The notes beneath the pieces are model-generated. The model was not told the DNA's origin and ran no database searches. It saw only the letters and a list, made by a program, of their open reading frames with translations. Both the position numbers and the translations under genes were made by a program. A stretch of 64,000 nucleotides of DNA from an uncultured Verrucomicrobiae bacterium (GTDB taxonomy: Bacteria > Verrucomicrobiota > Verrucomicrobiia > Chthoniobacterales > UBA10450): the NCBI GenBank assembly GCA_963726745.1, contig CAVSDR010000003.1:448001-512000 (forward strand). The letters run 5' to 3'. Shown piece after piece: positions 29,361-39,159 of the stretch (positions within the stretch are counted from its first letter, which is position 1; each line of letters begins with the position of its first letter).

Positions 29361-30428
29361 CTAACGAATGGTAATTTGGCGCGGCCTGGCCTCATTTCGA
29401 CCGCGAGCGTGCTTCGAATTGCGACCAGCAGGCTCATCCTGCGCCATCTGCCGCAGATAGCGGGCTAAGGTGGAGCGTGAGATGCCCAAAAGCTTGGCCG
29501 CGAGGCGCTGGTTCTGCTCGCAGCTCGCATAGACAAACTGCACATGCTTCCGGAGGGCGGACGAAAGCTTCAAGTCGGGCCCCGGACCGTTCTCGGAGTT
29601 CGAGGGTTTGCGCTCGCCGGGCGGAGCCTCCGCCTGGTGCGCATGCGGAAGATCGGGCGAGAAGCTGACGTTATCCGGCAGGATGACTTCGCCATCGCAG
29701 AAGAGAACCATCGTGCGGACGGTGTGGTTCAGCTCGCGCAGGTTCCCGCGCCAGCCGTGCGCGAGCAGCCGAGCCATCGCTTCCGGGTGGATCGCGGTGA
29801 TCTCCTTTCCTTCGCGCGCAGCGGCCGCTTTCAATTCGCCGGCAATCAACGCCGGGAGCTCCTCCAGGCGTTCGCGCAGGGGCGGAATGAGCAACGTCAG
29901 TCCGTTCAGCCGATGAAACAGGTCCTCGCGAAATTTCCCCTGCGCTACGCGTTCCTGCAGCGAGCAATTAGCCGCGCAGATGATCCGCACATCGCAGTGC
30001 AACATCCGCTCGGAGCCGAGCCGCTCGAATTCGCCATACTCGAGCGCGCGCAGGATTTTCACCTGTGCGAGCGCGCTCATTTCCGAGATCTCGTCGAGAA
30101 ACAGCGTCCCTTCATGCGCGAGCTCGAATTTTCCCTTCACCGTCTGCTGCGCGCCGGTGAAAGCGCCGCGCTCGTGCCCAAAGAGCTGGCTCTCGAGCAG
30201 GGTGTCGCTCATTGCGGAGGCGTTAAAGGAAACGAAGGGCCCGCCGCCGCGCAGCGAGGAGTTGTGAATCGCATGCGCCAGGAGCGTTTTCCCGGTGCCG
30301 GTCTCGCCCAGCAAGACCACCGGCACGTCTGACTTGCAGGCGAGTGCGGCCAAACGCAGGCAGCGCGCCATGGCCTCATTCGTCGTCGTGATGTCTTCGA
30401 GCTTGAGGTCAGAGAGGACAGGCTGCAT
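29361..30428 (-). CDS. sigma54-dependent transcriptional activator (bEBP) without N-terminal sensory domain
   Basis: GETGTGKT Walker A at about residue 40, LFGHERGAFTGA, FLDEI, FREDLFHRLN, WRGNLREL, C-terminal HTH. Confidence 0.93.
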   Translation of the reverse strand: MQPVLSDLKLEDITTTNEAMARCLRLAALACKSDVPVVLLGETGTGKTLLAHAIHNSSLRGGGPFVSFNASAMSDTLLESQLFGHERGAFTGAQQTVKGKFELAHEGTLFLDEISEMSALAQVKILRALEYGEFERLGSERMLHCDVRIICAANCSLQERVAQGKFREDLFHRLNGLTLLIPPLRERLEELPALIAGELKAAAAREGKEITAIHPEAMARLLAHGWRGNLRELNHTVRTMVLFCDGEVILPDNVSFSPDLPHAHQAEAPPGERKPSNSENGPGPDLKLSSALRKHVQFVYASCEQNQRLAAKLLGISRSTLARYLRQMAQDEPAGRNSKHARGRNEARPRQITIR

Positions 30429-30446
30429 GCCGGGGGTTTCCTCCTC

Positions 30447-31625
30447 CTACTCGCGGGCGTTCTCCCGCAATTGCCGCACTGGCTCGAAGACGTATTCAAT
30501 CAATGTCCTGCGGCCCACGATGATCCGTGCCGCGCCCCGCATGCCGACGCGCAGGTTGAGCGCCTGCGTGCGGCCTTTCAGCTCCTCCACCGACGCGAGG
30601 GCGACAAAGCGCGGCCCCTCGGGTGTGGTGATAGCCGACGGGCTGATCCAATCGAGCGTGGCGTTAACCGTGCCGTAGCGCTGGTAAGGGAACGCCTCCA
30701 GAAAGAGCCGCGTTTTCTGTCCCGCCTTCAGCTTGGGCAAGCCAGTTTCCGAAAGCAGTAGACGCGCGCGCGGTTGCGCATCGAGCCGGGCGAGCTGGCA
30801 AAGCTCCTGGCCATTCTGAACCACGCTGCCGGCGCTTTTTTGCGCCACCGAAATCACGACCGCATCGTAGGGCGCACGCAGGGAAACGAGATTCTGCTGC
30901 GAGTTCTCCAGCTGCGCCTTCAAGGACCCGAGCCGATAGCCGAGCTTCTCGATCTCGGAAACGTCCTGCCCGCGCTGGCGCCCATGCTCCAGCTCCATCC
31001 GCTCGCGTTCCAGCTTCACCTGCTGGAGCGTCCGCTCGGCCACGCTCAAGTCTTTCTCGGAGGCCGCGAGGTCGAGGCGCAACCGTAAAAGTTCGACCTT
31101 CGAGATGCCGCCACTGCTGGAGAGTTTATCCATCCGTTCGACCAGCTCGCGATTGGCTGCGCTATGCCGCTCGCGAAACTTCACCTCGCTCTCGGCCTGC
31201 GCGATTTCCTGCTCCTTGATCTGCGCTTGCGCCTCGTAGGCCGAGTCGGATTTCTTCAAGCCGGCCTCGCGCTCGCGCAGGTCCTCGCTCAACGTCCGGA
31301 AACTCGTGTCGAGCGTGCGGATTTCCTCGGAGCGCAGGACAAAGAGTTCGCTGCCTTCCTTGACCGTGTCGCCCTCGCTCACGGCCACGCGATTCACCAC
31401 CGCCGCGTAGGGCGATTGCACCGGGTCCGCGCCATCGCGCGGCACGAGCACAAACGGACAGGTGACCGTCTCCGGCAGGTGCACAAAAATCGAGGCGACG
31501 AGCGCAATTCCGAAGAAGGCGATGATCAACCAGCCGGTGCTGCGCACAATCCACGGCGGCGGATCCTGCGGGAGCATTTCCGACTCGTTGTCGATCGAGG
31601 GGCGGGTGGCGAGGAGCGCGGCCAT
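30447..31625 (-). CDS. HlyD family membrane fusion protein
   Basis: N-terminal TM, coiled coil, LRAPYDAVV, AFPYQRYG, LRVGM and LIEYVFEP motifs. Confidence 0.92.
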   Translation of the reverse strand: MAALLATRPSIDNESEMLPQDPPPWIVRSTGWLIIAFFGIALVASIFVHLPETVTCPFVLVPRDGADPVQSPYAAVVNRVAVSEGDTVKEGSELFVLRSEEIRTLDTSFRTLSEDLREREAGLKKSDSAYEAQAQIKEQEIAQAESEVKFRERHSAANRELVERMDKLSSSGGISKVELLRLRLDLAASEKDLSVAERTLQQVKLERERMELEHGRQRGQDVSEIEKLGYRLGSLKAQLENSQQNLVSLRAPYDAVVISVAQKSAGSVVQNGQELCQLARLDAQPRARLLLSETGLPKLKAGQKTRLFLEAFPYQRYGTVNATLDWISPSAITTPEGPRFVALASVEELKGRTQALNLRVGMRGAARIIVGRRTLIEYVFEPVRQLRENARE

Positions 31626-31637
31626 GGAGTCGTTAGG

Positions 31638-34600
31638 CTAAATCCCCAGCTGCTGGCTGGAGAGGTAAAAATAGAGGCCGCGCTGCGCCATCAATTCGTC
31701 GTGGTTCCCCACTTCCGCGACCTTGCCCTTCTCGAGAACCACGATCGAGTCCGCCTCGCGAATCGTGCTCAAGCGATGCGCGATCACGATCGTCGTCCGG
31801 CCGGCCATCAGACGGCTCAAGTTATCCTGGATGGCGCGCTCGCTTTCAGTGTCGAGCGCGCTCGTCGCCTCGTCGAAAATCAGCACCGGCGGGTTGTTAT
31901 AGATCGCGCGCGCGATCGCGATGCGCTGCTTTTGGCCGCCGGAAAGCGAAAGGCCGCTCTCGCCGATCTTGGTCTCGTAGCCCATCGGCAGGCGCATGAT
32001 GAAATCGTGCGCCGCAGCCGTCTGCGCCGCGGTTAGGACGCGGTCCACATCCGGCTCCGCATCGCCGAAGGCGATGTTCTTCGCGATCGTCTCGTTAAAC
32101 ATGTGGTTCTCCTGCAGCACCATCCCGATATGCCGCCGGACGTCGCGGTAGTTGAGCGTCTTCAGGTCGGTGTGATCGAAGAAAATGCTGCCGGCCGTCG
32201 GCTCGAGCAGGCCGGCGATGAGCTTGATCAAGAGTCGTCTTCCCGCAGCCGCTGCGGCCGACGAAGGCAATCATTCGTCCCGGCGCGAACTGCAGGGTGA
32301 TGTCCTCGAGAATGTTCGGCGACTCCGGGCCGCCATATTTAAACGACACATTCTTGATTTCGATCCGCCCCTCCAGGCTGTGCACCGGCGCAAGGCGCGA
32401 ACGATCCCGCCCTTGCTCCGGCTCCTGCTCGAAGATGTCGTTCAACCGATTCAGCAACACCGAGGCGAGCTGCATGTTATCCCACACGCCGAGGGTGCGG
32501 AGAATGCCGCCATAAGCCATCGCCGTGAGCGAACTGAAGGCGACGAAGCCGCCGACGGTGAGGTTGCCGTTCATCACCTGGTTCGCGCCCACCCAGAGGA
32601 AAATCGCGGTCGAGAGCATGCCGATCGTCTGCAGCAGGCTGTCGTAGGACATGACGATGAAGTTGCTGCGAAAAATCTTTTTCGAGACCGCGAGGAACTC
32701 ATTCAACATCGCGTCGCGGAAGACCGTCTCCGCGGCGGCAGCTTTGACCGCCTCGATCCCCTTGATCGCGTCGATCTGGTGCGAGCTGTATTTGCCCTGC
32801 GCTTCTTCCACGCTGCCGAAGAGCGGGCGCAGCACCTTGAAGGAAAAATACATCAGGCCCACGTAGAGCGGCGTGGTCGCGAGAAACGCGAACATGAGCG
32901 ACGGGCTGTAGATCATCATCAGCGAGATCGCGCCGAAGAGCGAAACCAAAGCGAGGATCGCACCGATTCCTTGTCCCACGGCGAATTGCCGCACCTGGCT
33001 GGCGCCCGCGAGTCGGCGCTGGATGTCGCCCGTGCGCCGGCTGCTAAAATACGTCATCGGCAGCGAGAGAAGTTGCCGGCTAAGGAAATCGAGGATCGAG
33101 GTGTCGAGCCGCACGGCCGCGAAGGCGAGCAGATATTCCTGCGTGAGCGTCGAGGCCTGCACGAAGAACAAGGCCACGCCCATCCCGAGCAGGATCACCT
33201 TCAAAAGCCCCACGTCCCGCTCCACGATCACCTTGTCCACCACCATCTGGGTGAAGATGGGGAAGAGCATTTGCAGGAAGGTGACCGCGACCGCGAGCAG
33301 CATCACCTGCAGGAGCGTCTTCCGGTGTTTCGCCAAAAACGGGAGCACCCACGCGGCCGAGGCTTTCCCCTCCGGCGTCTTCTCGAACTCGATCGTGTAA
33401 TCGAAAAGCGCCGCGTAGCCCGACCAATTTTGCTCGAATTCCTTGCGCGGAATCTTGCGCAAGCCCGATGCCGGATCGGCCACGCGCACGAACTTTTCGT
33501 TCACGTCGTAGAGCACCATCCAGTGGTTCCCCTCCCAGTGGATCACCGCGGGCAGCGGCATGTTCGGGAGGTTACGCAGCGAGACCTTGAGCGCGCGCGC
33601 CGCCAGGCCCAGCTCATTGGCCGCGCGGCAAATTGCCTTCAAGCTCGTGCCATCGGTCGACGTGTGGCAGAGCTGCCGGATGCGCGTGAGGCTGACCTTG
33701 CGCCCAAAGTGCCGGCAAATCATCCCCAGGCTGGCCGCGCCGCAATCCATCTCATCGATCTGGCGCACATGCGGCACCTTGCGGATGCGGCCCTTCCGCT
33801 TGCGGAAGAATCCGCGCTCATCGGCGAAGGGATCGGTCGCAGTCGCCGCACTCGCGGCCGGTGGCTCGTCCACCGCCACCTTGTTGTGCATCTTCGCTTC
33901 CGCCGGCAGTTCCTCGATCGTGAAATCCAGCGGCAAACGCGCTTCCGTCTTCGCCTCGTATTGCGCCAGCCGCTCTTCCAGCAGGCGGCCGAAGTCCGGG
34001 AAATTGTGCTTCAGTTCCTGGACCGCGGCCGGCTCGAGCGCGAGCAGCCGGCAATCGGAATACGCTTCCACCGAGGCCGCGCGCGGCGAGCCGTTGAGAA
34101 TCGAGAGTTCGCCAAAGAAATCGCCGTCGCGGTAGAAGGCGAGGTTGCGCTCCTTCCCGTTATTCCCGGCAAAGGCACGCGCGCGGCCTTTCTCGAGGAT
34201 GAACATCGGCCCCGCGGCTTCCCCTTGGCGGATGATCAGGCTGCCCTTCGCCACTTCCAAGGGCGAGAGCTTCTCGATCAAGCTGCGCAAGGCTGGCGTC
34301 GGCAGGCGGCCGAAATTGCTGAACTCGTAGAGGAACCCCTGGAGCGAGCGGTGCCGCTTGATCAGCTCCACCTGCTCCTGCAGCTCGGGCACCCGCGCGC
34401 AGAGCGCGAGAAAATCGTCCCGTCCCAGACGCAACGCTTCCACCGCGGTGCTGCAGCGCACCGAGGCATTGCGCGTCCCGCCTTCGCCGAGCGCGGCTTC
34501 GCCGAAAACATCGCCCGGCCGCAAAGTAGCCAGCGCGATCTCGTTTCCGCTCTGGTCGGTCTTGATCGCGCGCGCCCGGCCGGACAGGAGGACGTAGAAC

Positions 34601-34749
34601 GCGTCTGCCGGATCGCCCTGGTGCACGATCACATCGCCAAATTCGTAATGCTCCTCCTGGAGGAGTGGGCGGATTTCATCGAGAAATTCCAACGGCAGAA
34701 ACCGGAAGAGCGAGGTCCGTTGGAGGACTTCTTCGTCCTGCGCTCTCAT
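31638..34749 (-). CDS. peptidase C39-containing ABC exporter (PCAT) with two N-terminal cNMP-binding domains; frameshift near 32232
   Basis: FGEAAL..RNASV and FFGELSIL..PRAASV cNMP cassettes; QIDEMDCGAASL and HWEGNHW C39 motifs; TMD; GRSGCGKTT; LSGGQKQR, FDEATSALD and IAHRL in the second frame. Confidence 0.92.
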
Positions 34750-35825
34750 GCGGCGGAGACCGTGGGCAAGAGGCGCCATTGCACCTGGTTCGCCGTCAGG
34801 TCGGCAAAGTGTCGCTCGAGCAGGCGCTGCTCGATCCGCGCCCGCACCGGCGGATCCGAGGCCTGTGGCTCGTGTTTCCCGAGCAGCCGGCAAAGGACAA
34901 AACCATCCGCCCGCGGCGTCGGCTCCAGCAAGCTCCCCGGCGTCAGGCTCAGGAACCGTTGCTGCAGGTCCGGCGCGATCTGCTCCAGCGTCATCCCGGT
35001 TTGGCGAAAGGGATACCGCCCTTCCCGCGCCACTTCCTCCATGCTCATCCCGTCGTCGCGCACGCAAAAGAGCGCCTCGCTCGCCGCGTCTTTCGATTCC
35101 AGTTCGATCATCTCCACCTCGAAACGCGTCATCGGCAGGCGCACCGCGCCGAGCTCGCGCTCGATCGCCTCCGGCCGGAGCAGCTGCGCACACCGCGCGC
35201 GGTAAGCCGCTTCCAGCGCCATCATTTCCTCCAGCCAGGCGCGGTCGCGCCCGAGCGCGGCCAGCCAATCCTCGACCGCATCTTCGCTTAACTCATGGCG
35301 CGCGAGAAATTGCTCCTGCTGCTCGGCCCGCTCCGCATCATTTGCTTCGCCTGGCGCCGCCACCCGCCAGGCCAGCGCCAGCGCCATTCGCTCCAGCTCG
35401 CCGGTTAAAACCAGGTGCGCCACCAGCAGCTCCCGCTCATCCGCGTTCGCCTCCGCGTAGGGCCGGCTCTCGGCCGCCATCTTGCCGGCTAAATTTCGCT
35501 GCCAATAATTCCGCGCGAAGAAATTGCTGAAGTCCCCCAGGTCGAGCGCCCGCTCTTCCAGCCAGCGCTCCGTTTCCTCCGCGGTGATTAATTCGTGGCG
35601 ATAACGGAATTCCACCGCCGCCTGGTCGATCGCTCCCGCTTCCGGCTCCGCGCCGCTCGCCTCCGCCTTCCGCTCCGCCGCGCGCGCCGCCTGCAGCGCC
35701 TGCCACGGCCCGGTTAATTCCCCGCGAAAGTGCGCCGCATCGATCACGTCTGCCGCGGTGTATTCCCGCGAGGCACAGGCAAAGAGAATCCGCTGTCCCT
35801 TAGCGGCTGGCGCTGTGCTTGTCAT
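34746..35825 (-). CDS. SurA/PpiC-related chaperone-like protein
   Basis: Two FR/FL...L...E.WL...G/L helical units plus a degenerate rotamase-like C-terminus; ATGA overlap with the ABC gene. Confidence 0.6.
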   Translation of the reverse strand: MTSTAPAAKGQRILFACASREYTAADVIDAAHFRGELTGPWQALQAARAAERKAEASGAEPEAGAIDQAAVEFRYRHELITAEETERWLEERALDLGDFSNFFARNYWQRNLAGKMAAESRPYAEANADERELLVAHLVLTGELERMALALAWRVAAPGEANDAERAEQQEQFLARHELSEDAVEDWLAALGRDRAWLEEMMALEAAYRARCAQLLRPEAIERELGAVRLPMTRFEVEMIELESKDAASEALFCVRDDGMSMEEVAREGRYPFRQTGMTLEQIAPDLQQRFLSLTPGSLLEPTPRADGFVLCRLLGKHEPQASDPPVRARIEQRLLERHFADLTANQVQWRLLPTVSAA

Positions 35826-36139
35826 TCGTAGCTTCGGTTTTAGTGAAAAAGCCGGCGCGTTGTCGAGTGCGGCCTCGCAGGGGTTAAGCGCAGTCCGCCG
35901 GAGAGAACGGCCATCTCGCTGCCTAACGGGTGCAAGCAAAATGCCGCCTTGTCTTCCCCGGGAAATGCTCGAAACTAGCCCGCTCCCGGTTCGTTCCCCG
36001 CGCTCGGTCGAAAGACCGATGGGCGCACGGTCAACGCCAGGCGCCGCCAGTACGGCGCGCGCTCGCCGGGTGGCAGGCGCCAGCTGTTCTGGCGCAGTGG
36101 GTTTCGCGATGGGCGCCTCGGCGGCTCGTCGCCGCATTT

Positions 36140-36358
36140 ATGAATTCCGAAAAAGCAATCGAACTCGAAGGCCGCATCACTTCCGTCCTCGCGGGCACCA
36201 TGTTCCGCGTCCAACTCGCAAACGACCACATGGTCCTGGCGCATATCTCCGGGAAAATGCGCAAACGTTTCATCCGCCTGACCACGGGCGACCGCGTCAA
36301 GCTCCAGATGTCGCCCTACGATGTCAGCAAGGCGCGCATCGTCTATCGCCTCGGTTAA
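36140..36358 (+). CDS. infA: translation initiation factor IF-1
   Basis: [46 protein letters not shown]. Confidence 0.95.
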   Translation: MNSEKAIELEGRITSVLAGTMFRVQLANDHMVLAHISGKMRKRFIRLTTGDRVKLQMSPYDVSKARIVYRLG

Positions 36359-36382
36359 CGCCCCTCTTTCCTTCCGCCTGCC

Positions 36383-36559
36383 ATGATCAAACGCGTCCTC
36401 GTTCGTTGCCCCTCCACCGCCAAGCTCACGCCCACCGGCCAGACCGTGGACGAGGAACATTGGGAAACCACCAAGCTCAAGGCCCCCAAGAAACTCGAGT
36501 GCCCTCACTGCCAGGGAACGCACGAGTGGACTAAGAAGGACGTCGTCCTCGCTCGTTAG
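36383..36559 (+). CDS. small Zn-ribbon-like protein (58 aa; not in ORF track)
   Basis: Manual translation MIKRVLVRCPSTAKLTPTGQTVDEEHWETTKLKAPKKLECPHCQGTHEWTKKDVVLAR. Confidence 0.7.
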   Translation: MIKRVLVRCPSTAKLTPTGQTVDEEHWETTKLKAPKKLECPHCQGTHEWTKKDVVLAR

Positions 36560-36627
36560 GCAGCGCTTTCGCCGAGAGCGGGATTGACCGCCGCGCTGCC
36601 GCTTGCTTAGATCAAGCCGAACGCGCC

Positions 36628-37078
36628 ATGGCCAAGCAGCGCAAAACCGCGGCGGCTTCCCCCGCCGATGCCCCGAAGACGGAAAACGCCTTCGACGCTG
36701 GCCGTGAAGTGGCCGGCAATTTCTTCCGCGAAGCCGAGGATGCCTCGCCGAAATTAGTCGACGAGATCATGGCCCTGCGGCGCGATTATCTCCGCGCCTG
36801 GTCCGAGGGCGTCGGCTCCTGGCTCGATTTCGGCGAAGAGGTGCTCGAGAAGCTTAACGTCCGCCCGCAGAGTCTCCGCCGACATGAAAAACATGGCCCG
36901 CGACCTCACCGAAGGCTGGCTCAAAGCCGAGGCGGAAGTGCTGCAAAACGCCCTCGGCGTTTCCCGCTCGCTCGTCCAGGCCGCCGCCGCCGGCTCCCAG
37001 GCGCTCAACGCCGCCGGCTTTCGCGCCACCCTCTCCGCGGTCGACCTCGTCCGCGCCCGCGAAACCAAGAACGGCTGA
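36628..37078 (+). CDS. helical hypothetical protein (phasin-like), frameshifted near 36870
   Basis: Coding-like N-half in ORF 36628 and C-half in ORF 36884..37078. Confidence 0.55.
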
Positions 37079-37095
37079 CGACCCCGCGCTGATCC

Positions 37096-39159
37096 ATGCC
37101 TGGACTCAGCGAGGACGCCGCACCGCCAGTCGTCACCCTTGCCGGGAACCTGGCCGACGCGCTCGAGCGCAGCGGCTTTTGGCCACGCGTGCGCGGGCGC
37201 ATCCTCATTCTCCCGGATCTTGGCTTTTTCTCCGCGGCTGCGCCCACTTTCACGGATCCGCGCCTGGTCGAGGAGTTGATCGATCTCCTGCACGCGCGCG
37301 GGCACAGCGCGGTCACCGTCGGCGCCTCGCCTAACGAGTGGATTCACTGGACGGAAAATCGCGCCGTCCCCGTGCTCGCCGATCTCGCTGGCTATCGCTA
37401 CGTCACCGCGGGTGGCGTGCCCTACGACTTCGTCGATCTGAGCGAGGAAACCGTGGGCGATCTTTTCCCGGCGCACTCCTCCCTGCGCGACCGCGCCCTC
37501 AGCCGGCTTTGGCTGGAGGCGGATTGCCGGATCAACTTCGCCAAGAACAAGACCGACGAAGCCAACGCCTACGCGCTCGGCTTGCAAAACCTCCTCAGTC
37601 TTCTCCCGCCGCCGCGGCTCCCGGCGGAGGAATGCGCCGCCGATCTCCTCCGCTACGCTCCGCCGCACTTTACTTTGATCGATGGCCTCACGAGCAATCA
37701 CGGCGCCCACGGCAGCCGGGCCGCCGCGCCCCTGGAGACAAATACGATCGTCGCGAGTTCGTCGCTCCTCCTGGCCGACTGGGCCGCGGCGCTTAAGATG
37801 GGCCTCGACCCCTACAGCTCGCCATTAAACGCTCACGCGCTGCGGGAAATCGGCCTACCGGCGAGTTATCGAATCGACGGCTCCCTCGCCACCTACCCTG
37901 GCTGGCGCAATGTCCCGCCGCTCGTGCTTGATTCCGCGCGCCGCCGCAATCAATCCGCCGCCTTTTCCCGCCTGGCGCAGCCCTGGCTCCAGCAGGTCGA
38001 CCCGGAGCTTTTCCCTTTCCGGGAATTGCTGCACGAGCGCGCGCACGCCTGGGCGCAAAAATACCTCGGCGCCACCGGGGACAACGCCGCCCTGGTCGCC
38101 TCCGTGCTTGCGAATTACCTCATCGGCCAGGCGCATGCCGGCAGCGAAGCTCTCCGCATTGTCTTCGCCAAGCAGGCGCTCGCGCGCCGCCAGACCGGCC
38201 TCAGCTTCGATCCGCACGATTACTCGTTAGCCGACTACGAGGCGGCCGCGCCCTACATGGAGCAATGGGAGCGCCTTGTCGCCGAGACCGAGCCGCACGA
38301 GTCCGGCCTCCGCTGGCGCTACCTCGATGGCTCGGTCGTTTTCCGGATGGCGCGCGTGCTCCCTTTCCCCTTCGAGCAATGGCGTGCGCGGGTCGACATC
38401 GCCGGCGCGGTCTCGAGCATGAACGATTACCTCGGCGGCGCCTGCGTGCCGGTGCAGCGCGATGCCCTCGGCCTCGTGACCCACCAGGCGGAGCGGAACA
38501 TCTACCTCCCGCAACCGAACTGGATGGCCTTTTTCGGCGGCGCGGCCATCGATGTTTGCAAGCTCGAGCACGTCCGCTACGCGCCCGACTTCCAGCGGAT
38601 TTACTGGCGCACAATCCGTAGCCCTAACGAATCGGCGGAGTTTGACGACGGGATCGTCAGCTTTGCGCGCGCGGGCGAAGACCAAACCGAAATCTCCATC
38701 GTCGGGCGGCAAAAGTTTCGCCTGCCGCTCTTCTGGCAGGCGGTCAACATGGACCTCTGGCCTTCGATCAAGGATGTCCTCGTGACCCATGCCTACGAGA
38801 ATTATTTCCGCGGCACGCTGGCTAATTTTCAGGCGCAATACGAAGGCCGCGAGTTCCGCATCGGCCACACCCCACCTAACGAGGCACCCCCCACCGGCCT
38901 TGAAGCGCTGCTTGAGCTCTTCGGCCTCCAGCCGGCCGACGTGGAGAAATACGCCCACGTGATCCGCGGCGGGAAGGCCGCGCCCGCAGCCGATCCCGCG
39001 GCGACGATCGACGAGCACGGGTTCCGCCATTTTCCCGGCGCCGACCACGGTGCGCTGCCGCCCGATCCGTTCGCCAGCGCCTTTCACGAGAGCCGCAGTT
39101 TCCTCGGCGGATTGCTCCAGGCGATGCGGAAGGATCTCGGCCTCGCGGAGGAAAAATGA
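37096..39159 (+). CDS. DUF362-like domain protein with long C-terminal extension (START/SRPBCC-like)
   Basis: ILILPD..FTDPRLVE, ADCRINFAKNKT, LGLQNL and TLIDG motifs; C-terminal WRTIRSPNESAEFDDG.VSF. Confidence 0.65.
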   Translation: MPGLSEDAAPPVVTLAGNLADALERSGFWPRVRGRILILPDLGFFSAAAPTFTDPRLVEELIDLLHARGHSAVTVGASPNEWIHWTENRAVPVLADLAGYRYVTAGGVPYDFVDLSEETVGDLFPAHSSLRDRALSRLWLEADCRINFAKNKTDEANAYALGLQNLLSLLPPPRLPAEECAADLLRYAPPHFTLIDGLTSNHGAHGSRAAAPLETNTIVASSSLLLADWAAALKMGLDPYSSPLNAHALREIGLPASYRIDGSLATYPGWRNVPPLVLDSARRRNQSAAFSRLAQPWLQQVDPELFPFRELLHERAHAWAQKYLGATGDNAALVASVLANYLIGQAHAGSEALRIVFAKQALARRQTGLSFDPHDYSLADYEAAAPYMEQWERLVAETEPHESGLRWRYLDGSVVFRMARVLPFPFEQWRARVDIAGAVSSMNDYLGGACVPVQRDALGLVTHQAERNIYLPQPNWMAFFGGAAIDVCKLEHVRYAPDFQRIYWRTIRSPNESAEFDDGIVSFARAGEDQTEISIVGRQKFRLPLFWQAVNMDLWPSIKDVLVTHAYENYFRGTLANFQAQYEGREFRIGHTPPNEAPPTGLEALLELFGLQPADVEKYAHVIRGGKAAPAADPAATIDEHGFRHFPGADHGALPPDPFASAFHESRSFLGGLLQAMRKDLGLAEEK

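Noticed and set aside
32220..32250. Programmed frameshift splitting the PCAT at Walker A
   Set aside because: No slippery heptamer is present and many unrelated genes show the same kind of single indel, so sequencing error is more parsimonious.
32185..35205. 1006-aa ORF antisense to the PCAT, and similar long antisense ORFs (13362-14948, 16611-18332, 41971-43536)
   Set aside because: Shadow ORFs typical of high-GC coding DNA; no recognisable motifs, and the opposite strand encodes clear proteins.
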